DNA from: a virus
Lineage: Duplodnaviria; Caudoviricetes
Strand: one strand, 5' to 3'
Virus record (IMG/VR): IMGVR_UViG_3300008262_000001
DNA: 64,000 nucleotides
The position numbers and the translations under genes are program-made. Within the stretch, counting starts at the first letter, position 1, and every line of letters starts with the position of its first letter. Shown piece after piece: positions 10,671 to 21,331 of this stretch. The notes beneath the pieces are model-generated. The model was not told the origin of the DNA. It worked only from the letters and a program-made list of their open reading frames with translations, and did no database searches.

Positions 10671-11263
10671 TATGCTAGTGAGTTTTTCTTATATATCTCT
10701 TCAATCGGGGTCCCTTCAATTGCCCTGGTATGCAGATATACTATTCTAGTCCAATCTTCGTAGGTAATTTCTTTTGCATCTCTTATTTTCTGTAAATCCC
10801 AAGCTCTATAAGAATTCTTCCAAGGAATTCCTTTCATGATTAAATCCATAGTTGGATAGTCACATTTTAATTGCACCTGTTCTAAAACATCACCTTTTTC
10901 TATCCTTTGAACATTGGTCGATATTTGGGATTCATAGACACTACTTATTCTACTGAAAAAAGCAAGTCTATATTGAGGAGGAATAAGAACTAAATCTAGC
11001 CCACTAAATACAAGTTTATCTTGGGAGTTAAAGAATCCCATAAAAAACAAAAGAGGTCTTCTGTTTACGAATTTCTTTGATTTATCGAGTTTATCGTTGT
11101 AATCAAAGGAATATATTTTACCAACTAGAAAATCAGAAATCTGTAAGGTTGATTTTTTGTCAAGATAATTTTCTCTCCAAAACAGAAATGAAGCATCGGA
11201 TAAGGAAGACAGACCAGAGACACTCAATTGATATTCTTCGAACCTTTCCTGGAAGGATTTCAT
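10670..11263 (-). CDS. DNA end protector (T4 gp2-like)
   Basis: IYSFDYNDK...RPLLFFMG...GLDLVLIP resembles gp2; adjacent to the gp4-like gene as in T4-like phages. Confidence 0.6.
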   Translation of the reverse strand: MKSFQERFEEYQLSVSGLSSLSDASFLFWRENYLDKKSTLQISDFLVGKIYSFDYNDKLDKSKKFVNRRPLLFFMGFFNSQDKLVFSGLDLVLIPPQYRLAFFSRISSVYESQISTNVQRIEKGDVLEQVQLKCDYPTMDLIMKGIPWKNSYRAWDLQKIRDAKEITYEDWTRIVYLHTRAIEGTPIEEIYKKNSLA

Positions 11264-11754
11264 CGCATTATAAATTTCTCATTAATAGCTCCGAACTTGT
11301 AGCCTCTATCTTCTGCAAATCTTTTAGCAGCTTCAAACTTTGCCCTGTTAGTGATCCAGATCTTAAGCTTTTCATTATATGATCGAATCTTCTTCTCAGT
11401 TAAGTTTCCAGTTGGTTCTTTTGGTCTTTTATCTAAAGCATACTGATCTTCTGGTTTGATTTCTATTAACCAGTTTTCTAGAACATCACCTTTTTTTACC
11501 TGGATATAGTAATCTATGTTGTAATTGTGCTCTTTCTTATCGATTGGACTCCAGTACTTAACACAAATTGCTTCTGAACTCCATTTAGTAATATTTGGGT
11601 TCATATCGCAATACTGGCAGAATCTTCTTTCCCAAGAACTTCTGTAAATAATGTTGTTGATATCCCCTATATACTTTTTCGGATTTGTCGGAACATAAAG
11701 TCCTTGTTGATAGACTGAGTTTTTATTAGGTCTTAAGTTCTTTATGTTTTTCAT
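11260..11754 (-). CDS. gp4: Head completion nuclease (T4 gp4, TnsA-like)
   Basis: GLYVPTNPKKYIGD..IIYRSSWE.RFC, WSSE, YNIDY, LIEIKP. Confidence 0.88.
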   Translation of the reverse strand: MKNIKNLRPNKNSVYQQGLYVPTNPKKYIGDINNIIYRSSWERRFCQYCDMNPNITKWSSEAICVKYWSPIDKKEHNYNIDYYIQVKKGDVLENWLIEIKPEDQYALDKRPKEPTGNLTEKKIRSYNEKLKIWITNRAKFEAAKRFAEDRGYKFGAINEKFIMR

Positions 11755-11832
11755 TTCCTACAAAATGTTTAAATTCTGTATACAGAATTCCGCTACACAG
11801 TGACTTTATATATTCAAAATGAATAATAGGGA

Positions 11833-12189
11833 TTAGATGTTGTAATTAGAGTTTTCCTCTTTTACTATTCTAGAAAATGGAATGGTCTTGATAGATTTTG
11901 GTGGATGTATCTTTTTCCAACCTTTCTTCATACCGTTGTGTGCAATCTGAGAAATGAAAGCAAAGGGATTATCTGATTTTGCTGGATCGTATCTATTCCA
12001 GTATTTTACTAAATCTTCTAATCCAGCAGATATGCAGTCTTCTCTATCTTCTGTGTCCCTATAAGAGTGAGTCTTAGACATTCCATTAACTATCAAAGTA
12101 AACATTTTTACAGTTTCTGATGTTAATTCCCCTTTCTCTTTGCTTTCTAATAAAGCTCTTTTAAGGTCTTTGTTTTTTACATATATCAT
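11833..12189 (-). CDS. gp55: Late-transcription sigma factor (T4 gp55-like)
   Basis: YVKNKDL...REDCISAGLEDLVKYWNRYDP.KS.NPFAFISQI is the characteristic gp55 pattern. Confidence 0.8.
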   Translation of the reverse strand: MIYVKNKDLKRALLESKEKGELTSETVKMFTLIVNGMSKTHSYRDTEDREDCISAGLEDLVKYWNRYDPAKSDNPFAFISQIAHNGMKKGWKKIHPPKSIKTIPFSRIVKEENSNYNI

Positions 12190-12431
12190 GATTCGGGCAG
12201 GTTATTTTGGAGCTTAGCGATTTGATCTTCTAAATTTTTTCTTAATTGTTCCAAATTTTCCCTTGAATCTTTAATAATGTCTATTCCAATTTTACCATTT
12301 TCTATACTAGAAGTTTCTAGTTCTTGTATTTTATTCAGACAATCTTTCAAATCGTCCAAAATAAAACTGAGTCTGTTGCCTAATCCATGTTCTGGAGAGG
12401 CCTCAGACTCAGTTATTTTATTAGTGTTTAT
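12186..12431 (-). CDS. Unannotated 81-codon coiled-coil-like ORF with no ATG (ATA start, internal TTG start, or -1 frameshift product of the upstream gene)
   Basis: Open frame INTNKITESEASPEHG...QNNLPES* fills the gap exactly, and its TGA overlaps the gp55 ATG (ATGA). Confidence 0.55.
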   Translation of the reverse strand: MNTNKITESEASPEHGLGNRLSFILDDLKDCLNKIQELETSSIENGKIGIDIIKDSRENLEQLRKNLEDQIAKLQNNLPES

Positions 12432-14740
12432 TTTTTTTTTGCTTTTGGAGCTGAAGAAAGATTTGCTCTCTTTGTATCCTCTACAAATTTCTTACCGTTC
12501 TTCTTGTGATCTCCAGGAGCTGCTGCCAAATTAGCATCTTCTTCATCTTCCATAAACTTCTTAGGCTTTTCTGATTTAGCCTTTGGAGCTTTTTCAATAT
12601 GAGAATTCTTTTGGCTCTCTTTTAAAGCTAGGTTTTGCTTCTTCAAATCGTCAATGAATTGAGCTGCACTCTTAATTTTTGCTGAAGGAGCTGCTGCTAA
12701 ATTTGAATTAGTCAAATCCTGTATGAATTTTTTTCCAGCTGATTGTTTTGCATCAGGAGCAGCTGCCAAAGTTTTGTTCGAAATTGCTGCTTTACCAGTT
12801 TCTATTTTTTTATCTTTCGGAGCTGGAGCTGCGGCCAAATTTGAATTAGACTCATTATCAATAAATGTTGCTGCTGACTTTGGATCATTATCAGGAGCTT
12901 TAGCTAAATGCTTCTTATACATTGAATCGAACTCCTTGTCACCTTGTGACATTTTATTATCTCCAGGTGCTACAGATAAGCTTTGATCTGACTCACTTGT
13001 AAATTCAAGATCCATATCTGGAGTGTTGATGTCATACTGATCAACTTCATCTGCTAAATCTTCGACATCAGAGAAAAAGTATTCACCAGTTTTTCCTTCC
13101 TTAAAAAGAATTGTATAAGTCTTCGAACTTCCATCAACACCAATCACTTTACCTTTTACTCCATTTCTTTTAATTCTAACTTCAGTGTCTAATGGATATC
13201 CCATTTCTTCATTAACTGAAGAAATATCATTTGCCTTCTTCTCAAATCTTTCGATTTCAAGATTAACTTGGTTCCACTTATTTTTCAAAGAGGTAATTTC
13301 GTTTTCTATGCCTTCTTCCAAATTGATTAATTCTGGAGACTGGGCAATAAGAGGATTCTGTTGTTTTACATTTTCGATCTTTCTAAGTTCACCTTCTAAG
13401 ATTTCAATGTTTTTGACAATTTCTTTTTTGTCATTTTTCATAACACTTAAGAAAGCTTCCTCTCCGTTCAAAAACTCAGTCAAAGACTCTGATATATCAA
13501 ACTTGATGAAGTCTTTAATTATGTTAACTGCTTGAGTAGCATTTGACTCATAAATTTTATTGAGTTTCATTGCTGGATTAACAGTTTGAACATAAATTTT
13601 ATCCTTCAATTTGAAAACGTTTGCCTCAACACCTTCGTAAACTTTTGACTTAATTTTCTTTCCGAAATCGATATCTACAATTTCTTCTGAAGCTGAAGCT
13701 ACAAAGATTGCTCTGTTTATCCTGCTATTAGCACCTTCTAAAAGATTTCCAGTAGAAACGCTAACTGCTAAAGGTAAATCGCTCTCACTGATTTTCTTTC
13801 CGTCGTAATAAATTGTTTTCTCTTTGTTTTCAAAAACAATTTCAACTTTGTTTTTACCTATATTCAAGGTAATTTTGTTATTGTCTATGTTAATATCTCT
13901 ATCACCAACCATTACAGCTTTTTGTTGAAAATCAACAGGAACTTCCTCCATTTGACATTCAAATATTGTTTGTGTAGTCTCTTCTATTTTGAAGTATTTT
14001 CCACTAGAGAAGAATACCACTCCACTTTCAGTAACAAGCAAAGGTGAATATATGTTAGAAACCTCACAAATTGAATTGTCTGCTCCTACATAGAATTTAT
14101 TACTAACCTTATTTTCGTGAATTGATAAAAAGCTAACGAGATTTCTTACCATTGGATTAAATCCAAATCTTTTAAGTCCATGCAAAAGCGAATCTGTAGT
14201 TCTTTTCTCTGAAACCAACCAATTTTTCATAGTGGATGTTGCATCAGAAAATATGTCTCTGCCTGGAGCATTTTTAATTGACTCGTATGTCTTTATTACC
14301 TCTATTTCTCTTCTTCTATTTTCAAAAATGTGAGTTACGTTTTCTAAAACAGATGCAGCTGATCCTTCCCACGAAAAAGAGCTAAGTTCTTGAATAAATC
14401 CTTCTATCAAAAAAGCTTCTGGAATATTTTTAGAAATTAATAGACCTTCAAATTTCTCCAACATAATTTTACCTGCTGGAAGATCATAAAGACTAGAATT
14501 TTTAAGTGCAGATACTGTATTCAATAAACCAAAACTAAAGATTGTGTCCTCAGTTGCTTTGGGTGAAAAATTAGTATCTTTTGATTCTTTAATCATTTGC
14601 GAAGTTGATCCATTTAAAAATGAAGATGCAACAGGAGCTTTTTGAGCATCTAATCCAGCCCATTCTCTAAGAGAATCTGCAGCATTTTTGGAAGTCTCCA
14701 TATTTAATTTGTTAATTTCTGGATTAATATTTTTTTCCAT
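12428..14740 (-). CDS. Large late protein (770 aa), probably virion/prohead-associated; coiled coil plus C-terminal xLAAAP repeats
   Basis: Long ORF with GATATATA at 14760-14767; function not recognised. Confidence 0.6.
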   Translation of the reverse strand: MEKNINPEINKLNMETSKNAADSLREWAGLDAQKAPVASSFLNGSTSQMIKESKDTNFSPKATEDTIFSFGLLNTVSALKNSSLYDLPAGKIMLEKFEGLLISKNIPEAFLIEGFIQELSSFSWEGSAASVLENVTHIFENRRREIEVIKTYESIKNAPGRDIFSDATSTMKNWLVSEKRTTDSLLHGLKRFGFNPMVRNLVSFLSIHENKVSNKFYVGADNSICEVSNIYSPLLVTESGVVFFSSGKYFKIEETTQTIFECQMEEVPVDFQQKAVMVGDRDINIDNNKITLNIGKNKVEIVFENKEKTIYYDGKKISESDLPLAVSVSTGNLLEGANSRINRAIFVASASEEIVDIDFGKKIKSKVYEGVEANVFKLKDKIYVQTVNPAMKLNKIYESNATQAVNIIKDFIKFDISESLTEFLNGEEAFLSVMKNDKKEIVKNIEILEGELRKIENVKQQNPLIAQSPELINLEEGIENEITSLKNKWNQVNLEIERFEKKANDISSVNEEMGYPLDTEVRIKRNGVKGKVIGVDGSSKTYTILFKEGKTGEYFFSDVEDLADEVDQYDINTPDMDLEFTSESDQSLSVAPGDNKMSQGDKEFDSMYKKHLAKAPDNDPKSAATFIDNESNSNLAAAPAPKDKKIETGKAAISNKTLAAAPDAKQSAGKKFIQDLTNSNLAAAPSAKIKSAAQFIDDLKKQNLALKESQKNSHIEKAPKAKSEKPKKFMEDEEDANLAAAPGDHKKNGKKFVEDTKRANLSSAPKAKKK

Positions 14741-14797
14741 TTGTTATTCGCTTTTTTAGTATATATCCATTCTATTTTTAGAATCCCGTGTCCAATT

Positions 14798-16027
14798 TTA
14801 TTTAGTTACTTCCTCCCAATTGATAGACGTCCAAATTTTATTTCCGCTCCCTCCAACTGTTTCTGCTGCAACACAAATTGTAAATTCTAAAGGAGTGCTT
14901 GTTAAGCCATCCCTCAATAACTGATTCTTAAACAAGTCATCCCCTATATTTATATTAAGTTTTCCTTGATTCGAAGCTGAAAAAAATCCTGTTCTAACAC
15001 ATGTTCCACTGCTAAATGAACTTCCTGTAATGTTGTAATTGACTGACGAGTTAGCGTCTAGGGTTGTCCAAGATCCACCTGAGGTAGTTCCCCCTACAAA
15101 AATTTTCCATGAATAGTTAGCATTATCTTTTGGAAGCAAATCAATATAAGAAGGGATCACTATTGAATCCAAGTTCCCTGATTTTAATCTGATTGAAGCC
15201 AAAGGATAAAATGTACCCGCTACCAAAAGGGTATAAGGAGTTAATATTCCTGTATCAATAGATCTTTCTTCTCCTCTCAATTCGTATCCTCCCTCAGACA
15301 TCACAGATGAACAAATTTGTGTCAATGTATTAGATGATGAAGTTCCTGATGTGTTTTCAATCTCGTATCTTAGAGGTAAACAAGCGGTTGTTATGTAGGT
15401 GGAAGTTATCAAGTTAGCATGATTAAAAACATGACACGTGTAAAATTCTCCATTAATAACAAATCCACATCTTACAGAACCTACGCCTAACCATTCCAGA
15501 TCTATCCAAAATATCTGTGATTTCGTTATATCTAAAGTGATTCCAGAAGGACCTGTTCCATCCATCGGATCAACATTCCAAGAACTTTTTGCTATTGAAT
15601 TGTTGTCAATAGAACCAGAAACCGAACTTCTTTTAACTATTGATAGAGTTGTACCAGCTAACTCTAAATAAAATCCATTGTTCTCACCAAAATATCCTAC
15701 TCTTTGTCGTAAGCCAGATTGGCCAGTTGCAAAGGTAAAAGTGTTTAATGCTAAAAGACTTTTTCCTGGCTGATAAGCAAATACCCTATAAGTTTCTCTG
15801 ACTACTTTGTCACCACTAGCATTAGTGACATTCATATCGATTACTCCCTGGTTTGTGTTAAATGTTTTGGCTCCAGAACCTGCTGTAAGAGTTGCCCATA
15901 ATCCATTATCTCTATATCTATGACTTGAATCGAAAAGGGTTAGAGGGGCAGATGTTCTTAACCTGCCAAAAGCATCAAAATTAGTTGTGTAAGCAAACTT
16001 TATTTTGTCTGTATAAGTATATGACAT
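14798..16027 (-). CDS. Putative virion structural protein, beta-rich (409 aa)
   Basis: Long ORF rich in G/S/T/N (DAFGRLRTS..., YQPGKS) within the late gene block. Confidence 0.55.
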   Translation of the reverse strand: MSYTYTDKIKFAYTTNFDAFGRLRTSAPLTLFDSSHRYRDNGLWATLTAGSGAKTFNTNQGVIDMNVTNASGDKVVRETYRVFAYQPGKSLLALNTFTFATGQSGLRQRVGYFGENNGFYLELAGTTLSIVKRSSVSGSIDNNSIAKSSWNVDPMDGTGPSGITLDITKSQIFWIDLEWLGVGSVRCGFVINGEFYTCHVFNHANLITSTYITTACLPLRYEIENTSGTSSSNTLTQICSSVMSEGGYELRGEERSIDTGILTPYTLLVAGTFYPLASIRLKSGNLDSIVIPSYIDLLPKDNANYSWKIFVGGTTSGGSWTTLDANSSVNYNITGSSFSSGTCVRTGFFSASNQGKLNINIGDDLFKNQLLRDGLTSTPLEFTICVAAETVGGSGNKIWTSINWEEVTK

Positions 16028-16036
16028 ATTTTAATG

Positions 16037-16609
<573 letters not shown>

Positions 16610-16610
16610 T

Positions 16611-17171
16611 TTAGTTTCCCTCCGAAATTATAAAATCTCCATCCTCAGATACTATGAATTCATCGCTTGGGTTATCATCTATATAAAATCCACCAGCTAA
16701 AATTACCTCAACATTAACCCTAACTGAATGTGGATTATAAAGAAGCATACCTCCGTCTGAAAAATATGGAGATTCAATATCGCTACCATTAGGATCTAAA
16801 TCCCATGCTCTGTCCACAAAAGCAGGTGAATAATTACTCGGATTTCCTGTTAAGATAGTAAGATTCGCCATCGGAAGATAGTTTCCTTGGTAAATTATAT
16901 TGATAAATCTACTAGCCACTGGAAGTGTACTTGGATAAGAGGCCTTTATCATGATAAATCCGAGTTGTCCTAAACCCTCTGCATTTAGAATAAGTGAGGA
17001 GTTCGGATAGACGCATCCACTAAAAGATGAAAAGTTGTTAATTGTGATATCTGTATCACAAAAACTTATTTCTCTTGCCACAGTTGTTCCTCTTACTACT
17101 TGAAGATTGCATCTTTGAAAGATAGCACCTTCAAATTCTATAGTGTTACATACTTGTGGAGGTGTAGCCAT
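16611..17171 (-). CDS. Hypothetical structural protein, paralogue of 17171-17752
   Basis: Shared motifs FQ.CNL, IKA.Y, Y.GN..PM..L..LTG, WDL, GG.L..NP. Confidence 0.6.
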   Translation of the reverse strand: MATPPQVCNTIEFEGAIFQRCNLQVVRGTTVAREISFCDTDITINNFSSFSGCVYPNSSLILNAEGLGQLGFIMIKASYPSTLPVASRFINIIYQGNYLPMANLTILTGNPSNYSPAFVDRAWDLDPNGSDIESPYFSDGGMLLYNPHSVRVNVEVILAGGFYIDDNPSDEFIVSEDGDFIISEGN

Positions 17172-17752
17172 TAGTTAAAAATAAATATTTCAAGCTGGAC
17201 ATCACTTGTTCCAGGATTACTAAAAAGAATACCTCCGAAAGTGGGGTCTGGAGAAGAAATAGGAGGATAAATTGCAGGAGAAAAAACAGGACTTGGAGGG
17301 TTATTGGAATAGTAACTTAAATCCCATCCTTGCCAAGGAATCTCGGGCTCAGTTCTTCCTGTAAGAACCATTAATGAATTCATAGGGTAGATATTCCCCT
17401 TGTATTCCCAATAGAGATATCGGTCTTCTGAATGCACATCCTGGTGGTACTTGGCTTTGATCACAATCATTTGTACTTCACCTTGTGCTTGGCCAACTTC
17501 AGGAGCTGTGAGAGTGTATGAGTATCCAGCAGGTAGATTTATATTTCTTTTCGCAGATCCACCACATCCTCCCAGTTCTGAACTTCCTAGTCCTTCCAAT
17601 TTAAAATCACATAAGGAAGTTCTAGATAAAACATTAACTCCCTCTTTTATCTCTAAGTTACATGACTGAAAAACTACTTTTCTATAAACACCAGGATTGC
17701 AATCAAGATACTTGATGTATTGCGAGTCTGTTGTGTATATTGGTTTTATCAT
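17171..17752 (-). CDS. Hypothetical structural protein, paralogue of 16611-17171
   Basis: Same shared motifs as the paralogue; tightly coupled start/stop. Confidence 0.6.
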   Translation of the reverse strand: MIKPIYTTDSQYIKYLDCNPGVYRKVVFQSCNLEIKEGVNVLSRTSLCDFKLEGLGSSELGGCGGSAKRNINLPAGYSYTLTAPEVGQAQGEVQMIVIKAKYHQDVHSEDRYLYWEYKGNIYPMNSLMVLTGRTEPEIPWQGWDLSYYSNNPPSPVFSPAIYPPISSPDPTFGGILFSNPGTSDVQLEIFIFN

Positions 17753-18849
17753 TTCAAGCTTAATGGGTTAGAAGAAGGTAAAACTGTTGAAGTTTTATTT
17801 TTATATCCTAAAAATTCTTTATCCTCTATGTATTTATCTTCAGAGTCTGCACTATTTTTTTGGTTATCTCCTACAATTTCTGGATATGAAATCAGATCGC
17901 TTATTTCAATGGTTTTAGTGACATCTTCTCCAAATGCTGGATAAAATTTTTCACCTTCATTCACTTGCAGTTCACTTGTTTCTTGAAATTCCTCCTCTTT
18001 AGAATCGATTGGATTATTTGGAGAATTTTTTTCTGATAATTCATCATCGCCCTCTTTAGATTTTTTGAATGCAAAGTTGGCTGCAAGAACTAAAGCTACT
18101 GCTAAAGGATCAAAAACAAGCATGAGAATTAAAATGTACCAATTGACAACTTGATCTAATGTATATCCTGTTAGTCCAGCAATGTATTTTAATGGACCAA
18201 CTTCTTTTGCTAACTCTTGGTCAGATCCTGCTTCTAATTTTTTAGACTCAATTTCAAAAATGCGGGAATTCTTTGAAGATATAGAATCATTGTAAACGGA
18301 CACTTCAGAATCTATGCGCTTAATCTCAGAATCGATATCCTTTATTTGTTGTCTTACTGAAGTGGTAGATTTACTTTGTGCTATTAATTGATCTTGAGTG
18401 CCTTGTAAATTAGCACGGATTCCTGTTATCTGACCTAACCTTGTGTTTTTTTGCTCAACCTGCTTTTCGTAGCTCGAAATTTCAGTTTTTAAAATTGTAA
18501 TATTCTTATCAAGGATCTCTATGTTTTTATCCTGATTTTGGACTTTAAAAGCAGTTTCTTGGTAAGCAGATGATAAGAATCCGTAAATCCCTGCAGAGGT
18601 GATTATAATCAGAATTAAGGTGGCTATAAGAAGGTAATACTTTAAAGCCTTATTAATAGATTTCCAGTATTCGTATAACAAAGAAGCGCTGACTAATTTA
18701 GCAAATTCTAAGCTTCCTGCTAAAATCATTACTTGTAGTGAAGCACCAGCAAACATTTTTCCTAGACCTGATACTGAATAAAAAGCTGCAGACCCAGAAA
18801 CTGAAAGAGCCGAAAGAGCGATGATCCACGGTAATAATTTCTTTTTCAT
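17749..18849 (-). CDS. Membrane protein: three N-terminal TM segments, long coiled coil, C-terminal TM segment
   Basis: Hydrophobic segments plus heptad region; start moved to MKKKLLPW (18849), just after GATATATA at 18855-18862. Confidence 0.7.
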   Translation of the reverse strand: MKKKLLPWIIALSALSVSGSAAFYSVSGLGKMFAGASLQVMILAGSLEFAKLVSASLLYEYWKSINKALKYYLLIATLILIIITSAGIYGFLSSAYQETAFKVQNQDKNIEILDKNITILKTEISSYEKQVEQKNTRLGQITGIRANLQGTQDQLIAQSKSTTSVRQQIKDIDSEIKRIDSEVSVYNDSISSKNSRIFEIESKKLEAGSDQELAKEVGPLKYIAGLTGYTLDQVVNWYILILMLVFDPLAVALVLAANFAFKKSKEGDDELSEKNSPNNPIDSKEEEFQETSELQVNEGEKFYPAFGEDVTKTIEISDLISYPEIVGDNQKNSADSEDKYIEDKEFLGYKNKTSTVLPSSNPLSLK

Positions 18850-18867
18850 GCTTCTATATATCCCAAC

Positions 18868-18894
18868 AAAAAAGGTCCATTGAAGCAATGGACC
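18868..18894 (-). terminator. Intrinsic terminator
   Basis: GGTCCATTG/CAATGGACC plus a T-run on the minus strand, after 18915-19406. Confidence 0.7.
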
Positions 18895-18914
18895 CTTTAG
18901 AAATGTTAAGAACT

Positions 18915-19406
18915 TTATTCTGCAGTGATTCCTTGTTCTGCTGCAGCTAGATCTTTTTCAAGATCCTTTAAATTTTGATTATCTTGGTGGATAAGAGCAA
19001 GTGTTTCTTCAAAAGTTTTCCAGAGAGAAATAAAATCGCTAATTTCTGAGTCACCTTTTCCAGACCATTTCAAAATGAAATAATGTGAAGCTTCAACTTC
19101 TAAATTTGTGAAGTAACCAACACCATCTTTGATACCTTCCTTTTTAATACTTTCAATTCTTCTGATGATTTCTACAACTCCAAGAGCCTCTTTTGATCTC
19201 CATTCCACTTCTGTTTTCATGAATTTTTCGAATCTACCCAAAAGATCGTTATTCATAGAAACTGCATATTCTTTACCCTGTAGAGATTTTTTATACTCTT
19301 CGATCTTATTTTTAAGATCCTCTACTTTCTTAGTATCTACTTTATCGATGTACTTTTCTAATTTTTGCTCGTTTTCGACTACTGATAGCTCTTTCTTTTT
19401 TGACAT
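18915..19406 (-). CDS. Hypothetical charged helical protein
   Basis: ORF with its own GAAAC-N17-TATAAT promoter and a downstream terminator. Confidence 0.6.
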   Translation of the reverse strand: MSKKKELSVVENEQKLEKYIDKVDTKKVEDLKNKIEEYKKSLQGKEYAVSMNNDLLGRFEKFMKTEVEWRSKEALGVVEIIRRIESIKKEGIKDGVGYFTNLEVEASHYFILKWSGKGDSEISDFISLWKTFEETLALIHQDNQNLKDLEKDLAAAEQGITAE

Positions 19407-19449
19407 AACGTTTTATTTTTAAATTATAGTGTATTGATGGATTTAGTTT

Positions 19450-20208
19450 CTATGACATGTACAAATTTCTAAATTGCTCAGTTAAATCTATAAACTGCTT
19501 TAAGTAGACTTTCATTTCATGATCTTCAACTGTAAAGGTTTGGATTTCACTAAACTGCTCGTTTGCTATTCTGATCCTTCCCATTTTAGGAACAATTCCA
19601 TATTTTTCTGCACACATAAACATATAAGCTGAAATTTGAAGCTTATAAGCTAATATATCATCCTCATCTTTAATGAAAGTCGAAGATTTAAAATCCTCAA
19701 CTATCAAATTTCCTTGTAAATCTTTGTAAATAAAGTCCGATGCACCTGCCCAGCCTCCCTTGAAAGTTGTATACAAGAAAACCTCATTGTCTACTATCTC
19801 TGAAATATTTTCCCAAAATTTATCATAGTAGAAGTTCCAGAAAAGATTTTTTCCTCTTTCTACCAGTTTGGAGTTTTTACCATCATCTTTTCTTGCTTCT
19901 TCAATTGCATAGACTTGAGCCTTTTGGAGAGATCTTTCTACATTTCTTTCTCTATCCCATTCTAGCAAGAAAAGCTCGAGCATTTTGTGCAAATGGTTTC
20001 CTCTTTCTGCTGCATCTGACATAATCTTATCCCATCTAGCATCACCGAATTGCTCTCTAAGCTTATCATACTTTTCATTCTTTAAAAGCTTAAGAACAGT
20101 GGTCACCGATGGCAAAATTAAAGGAGCTTCAGAAGCTCCTTCGACTATATAAGCTCTGCCCCAGTCGTAATTTTTCCTATCTATAGTAATATTAGAAGAT
20201 AAACTCAA
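19450..20208 (-). CDS. PD-(D/E)xK exonuclease (RecB/Cas4-like phage family)
   Basis: LPSVTTVL, RGNHLHKMLE, AGASDF, IVEDFKSS, LQISAY. Confidence 0.8.
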   Translation of the reverse strand: MSLSSNITIDRKNYDWGRAYIVEGASEAPLILPSVTTVLKLLKNEKYDKLREQFGDARWDKIMSDAAERGNHLHKMLELFLLEWDRERNVERSLQKAQVYAIEEARKDDGKNSKLVERGKNLFWNFYYDKFWENISEIVDNEVFLYTTFKGGWAGASDFIYKDLQGNLIVEDFKSSTFIKDEDDILAYKLQISAYMFMCAEKYGIVPKMGRIRIANEQFSEIQTFTVEDHEMKVYLKQFIDLTEQFRNLYMS

Positions 20209-20653
20209 GTACTTTTGAAATTATGTTTTTAAGCCAAGACAACGTACCAAACTTATATTGAGACCAAATTATAACAAGTATAAAGAAAATTCTCCATAGA
20301 AGCCACTTAATAGAAAGCTTTTGGAAAGCTGGTGAATAAATTATAAGATAAGAAATTGAATTAGGTATTGGTTTAATTTCTGGTATCAAAATTTCCTGAA
20401 GGTTTAAGCTTGTTAGATACTCATTTATAGGCCTTGATTCTTCTAAAACATAAGCGGGTCTTATTTCTTCAGGAGAATCTGGAGAGTAAATAACTTCAGG
20501 AGGAAGGTTCACTACTGTATAAATCCTATTCAACCAATCCACTCGAAGTTTATACTTGTTCCATTCAATTCCTTCCATGTTTTGTTTGATTGTCTTTCTA
20601 AGGAAGAAATAGTTTGAAATATCAACTATTACTTTTTTAAATGGATAATTCAT
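20192..20653 (-). CDS. Hypothetical protein with C-terminal TM segment
   Basis: 153 aa ORF with hydrophobic IKWLLWRIFFILVIIW. Confidence 0.6.
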   Translation of the reverse strand: MNYPFKKVIVDISNYFFLRKTIKQNMEGIEWNKYKLRVDWLNRIYTVVNLPPEVIYSPDSPEEIRPAYVLEESRPINEYLTSLNLQEILIPEIKPIPNSISYLIIYSPAFQKLSIKWLLWRIFFILVIIWSQYKFGTLSWLKNIISKVLEFIF

Positions 20654-20695
20654 CTCTTTATTATATAATATCTGAAATGTACAAAAAAGTTACGC

Positions 20696-21316
20696 TTAAT
20701 CGTTGAATGTCAAGTTCACTCCTGGGAACATATCTCTTACCTTCAATCGCGCTCTTCTAATCCTAGTTGCAATAGCTCTCTTCTTCATTCCATGCTTGTC
20801 AGCTATTTCTTGGTATTTCATTCTTAGAATCTCTCTGTCGAAGAGAATCTCTTTATAAATGTCTGGAAGGTTTTTCATTCTCTCCACTACATTTTCATAA
20901 AGATTTTCCATTTCAGTCTCAGAATCAACCACAAAGGATTGCTCATAAGAATTCAAGTCCTCAAATTTGTTATAAGATATTTGACAATCGTCACTATCAT
21001 CAGAGTTCTTTACAACCTCTTGGATAATGGGTAAATAACGATCCTCGTTCTTTTTAATTACTAAGGATTCATTTCTTGCAATGTTGTAAACCCAGGTTGA
21101 AAAATTTCCTCTGTCGGGATCATATTGGGAAATTTTTGTCCAAATTTTCGCCATAGTATTTGAAACTGCATCTTCTGCTGCTTCTTGTTCTATGAGAATG
21201 GATTTGCAATGGTTAAGTAATCCTGGTTTAATTCTTTTGTAAAGCTCTACGAAATCTTTTTCCGAAGATGTTCTCATAAAGCTTTCTGCCAATTGTTGAA
21301 TGTTTTTCGCTGCCAT
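20696..21316 (-). CDS. ECF-type sigma-70 factor
   Basis: Region 2: AEDAVSNTMAKIW...YDPDRGNFSTWVYNIARN. Region 4: LPDIYKEIL...MKYQEIADKHGM...IATRIRRAR. Confidence 0.85.
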   Translation of the reverse strand: MAAKNIQQLAESFMRTSSEKDFVELYKRIKPGLLNHCKSILIEQEAAEDAVSNTMAKIWTKISQYDPDRGNFSTWVYNIARNESLVIKKNEDRYLPIIQEVVKNSDDSDDCQISYNKFEDLNSYEQSFVVDSETEMENLYENVVERMKNLPDIYKEILFDREILRMKYQEIADKHGMKKRAIATRIRRARLKVRDMFPGVNLTFND

Positions 21317-21331
21317 TTCCTGTTTTTTAAT

